Assembly: GCA_030141605.1 (NCBI GenBank)
Contig: JAQGDQ010000137.1
Coordinates: 124,001 to 188,000, forward strand
Source of the DNA: Tubiluchus corallicola
Lineage: Eukaryota; Animalia; Priapulida
DNA: 64,000 nucleotides
Direction: 5' to 3'
Part shown: positions 63,001 to 64,000 of the stretch, one piece after another
Position numbering within the stretch: the stretch's first letter is position 1
Layout: every line of letters starts with the position of its first letter
Translations under genes and position numbers: made by a program
The notes under the pieces: generated by a model
What the model saw: only the letters and a program-made list of their open reading frames with translations
Database searches by the model: none
What the model was told of the DNA's origin: nothing

Positions 63001-63957
63001 GGAACGGAATCAAATGCTTTTCTAAAATCAATATATAGAATATCAATTGATGGGAGAAAAGGGTCATCAAAGAATTGGGACCAGTCATTTAAGCATTCGA
63101 GAAGATTTGTTATTGTGGAGCGTTGTGGTAAAGAGCTGTGTTATTATTGAATTGGCCAAAAGATAGGAGGAATTTTAGTACATCGTCTTACAAAAGAGAT
63201 TCAAGACATTTAGAGACAAGAGAAGACAGAGAAATAAAACGTAATTCGTCACATGTCAAGTTGGTGCTAGGTTTTTTGGGGATAGGAGTAACATTAATAC
63301 TGATCTTGTCAATTGTTATAAAATTATGAAAGGACTCTCAGTTTTACAAAAAAAAGATTTTGTAAAAAGACCATGCAGAGAACTACGAGGCCATGATTCC
63401 CAAACTCTTCATCGAATATAGCCGAACCAACATCGGTTTTCATTTTTTTTGTCTCTCGTGTGGCCCATCCAGGGAACTCCCTCTCATCGATAAATTTTAA
63501 ATGAATATGAGAAGGGACTCATACGAGTCGAACTCTAGGTCCCGGTGTCATTGTAAAGAAAATTGGTTGTCAAATCATTTCATTGTTTCGTTGTCACTGA
63601 GGAAACAACGAAATGACTTGAAAACCAATTGGTCCTTCGTTATCCTTTCTCTTGCGCCCCCCTATTACTTTCCTTCACCCATATTTTTCGCAATTGTTAA
63701 CTAAATATTCTAATTATAGGTTATGTCTTGTATTCACGAGATAAATAAGAAAATGTTTACCACTATCTAATGTAACTTACAGAAACAGCATATTTCAAAG
63801 CAATGCCTTGAAGGGTGTCATCTGGGGCAACGGTATGACGTATAACTGTCTCAGTTCTAGAAAATGTATTAGCCGCAGTGCCGTATTTTGCTTGCTGACG
63901 CACGTAATGACCCAAAGATTGGGTTTCTTCCGTATGACCAATTTCTCCGTCGGCCAT
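57043..63957 (-). CDS. LYSMD1/LYSMD2: LysM and putative peptidoglycan-binding domain protein (LYSMD1/LYSMD2-like), 3 coding exons, ~265 aa
   Basis: Exons 63957-63781, 58403-57979, 57238-57043 (798 nt, open). LysM motif RHTVAPDDTLQGIALKYAVS|MEQIKRANRLWTNDSLFLHETLKIPV, DFLQKID and C-terminal DDIFEL are characteristic of LYSMD1/2. Confidence 0.92.
61770..63500 (+). mobile_element. CR1-group LINE 3' fragment split by a nested insertion
   Basis: LYKAVVRPILEFASVVWS...LEKTQDRCMRLV...DLTT (to ~62020) resumes as YKIMKG...RELRGHD at ~63315-63400. Confidence 0.7.
62030..63310 (-). mobile_element. Decayed CR1/L2-group LINE reverse transcriptase fragment
   Basis: Minus-strand motifs VTPIPKK, YIDFRKAFDSVP, VTSGIPQ, VRDLGVLISSNLKWNSHI and LYKAVVRPIL, with frameshifts. 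Confidence 0.88.
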
Positions 63958-64000
63958 ATTGCGATCAGTAGAGCAGAAAAGCGCAAAACAGCTGAGCATT

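Noticed and set aside
1-64000. Most 60-130 aa ORFs in the supplied track
   Set aside because: They are chance ORFs in AT-rich introns, antisense shadows of real exons, or exons extended into introns. Real genes were rebuilt from splice sites.

Overview
AT-rich, intron-rich animal (probably invertebrate) genomic DNA. Five spliced genes were rebuilt by hand from splice sites and reading-frame phase: (1) the first 7 coding exons of an outer-arm axonemal dynein heavy chain (DNAH5/DNAH8-like, minus strand, running off the left edge); (2) an unrecognised 10-exon, ~353-aa helical/coiled-coil gene head-to-head with it across a promoter carrying an RFX X-box; (3) a complete 16-exon ZWILCH (minus); (4) RPL4 (plus, 9 exons, TCT/TOP start), divergent from ZWILCH as in human, with two SNORD18-like and two SNORD47-like C/D snoRNAs in its introns; (5) a 3-exon LYSMD1/2-like gene (minus). 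Between and within the genes are LINE fragments, tRNA-derived SINEs, hAT elements, a probable LTR-element remnant and tandem repeats. A mosaic region at 18-25 kb holds a decayed, apparently intronless trypsin-like protease pseudogene. Gene and snoRNA identities rest on recalled family motifs, not database searches. I found no unambiguous new biological system; the best leads are the orphan gene sharing the dynein promoter, the RPL4 snoRNA set, and the protease-carrying repeat mosaic.
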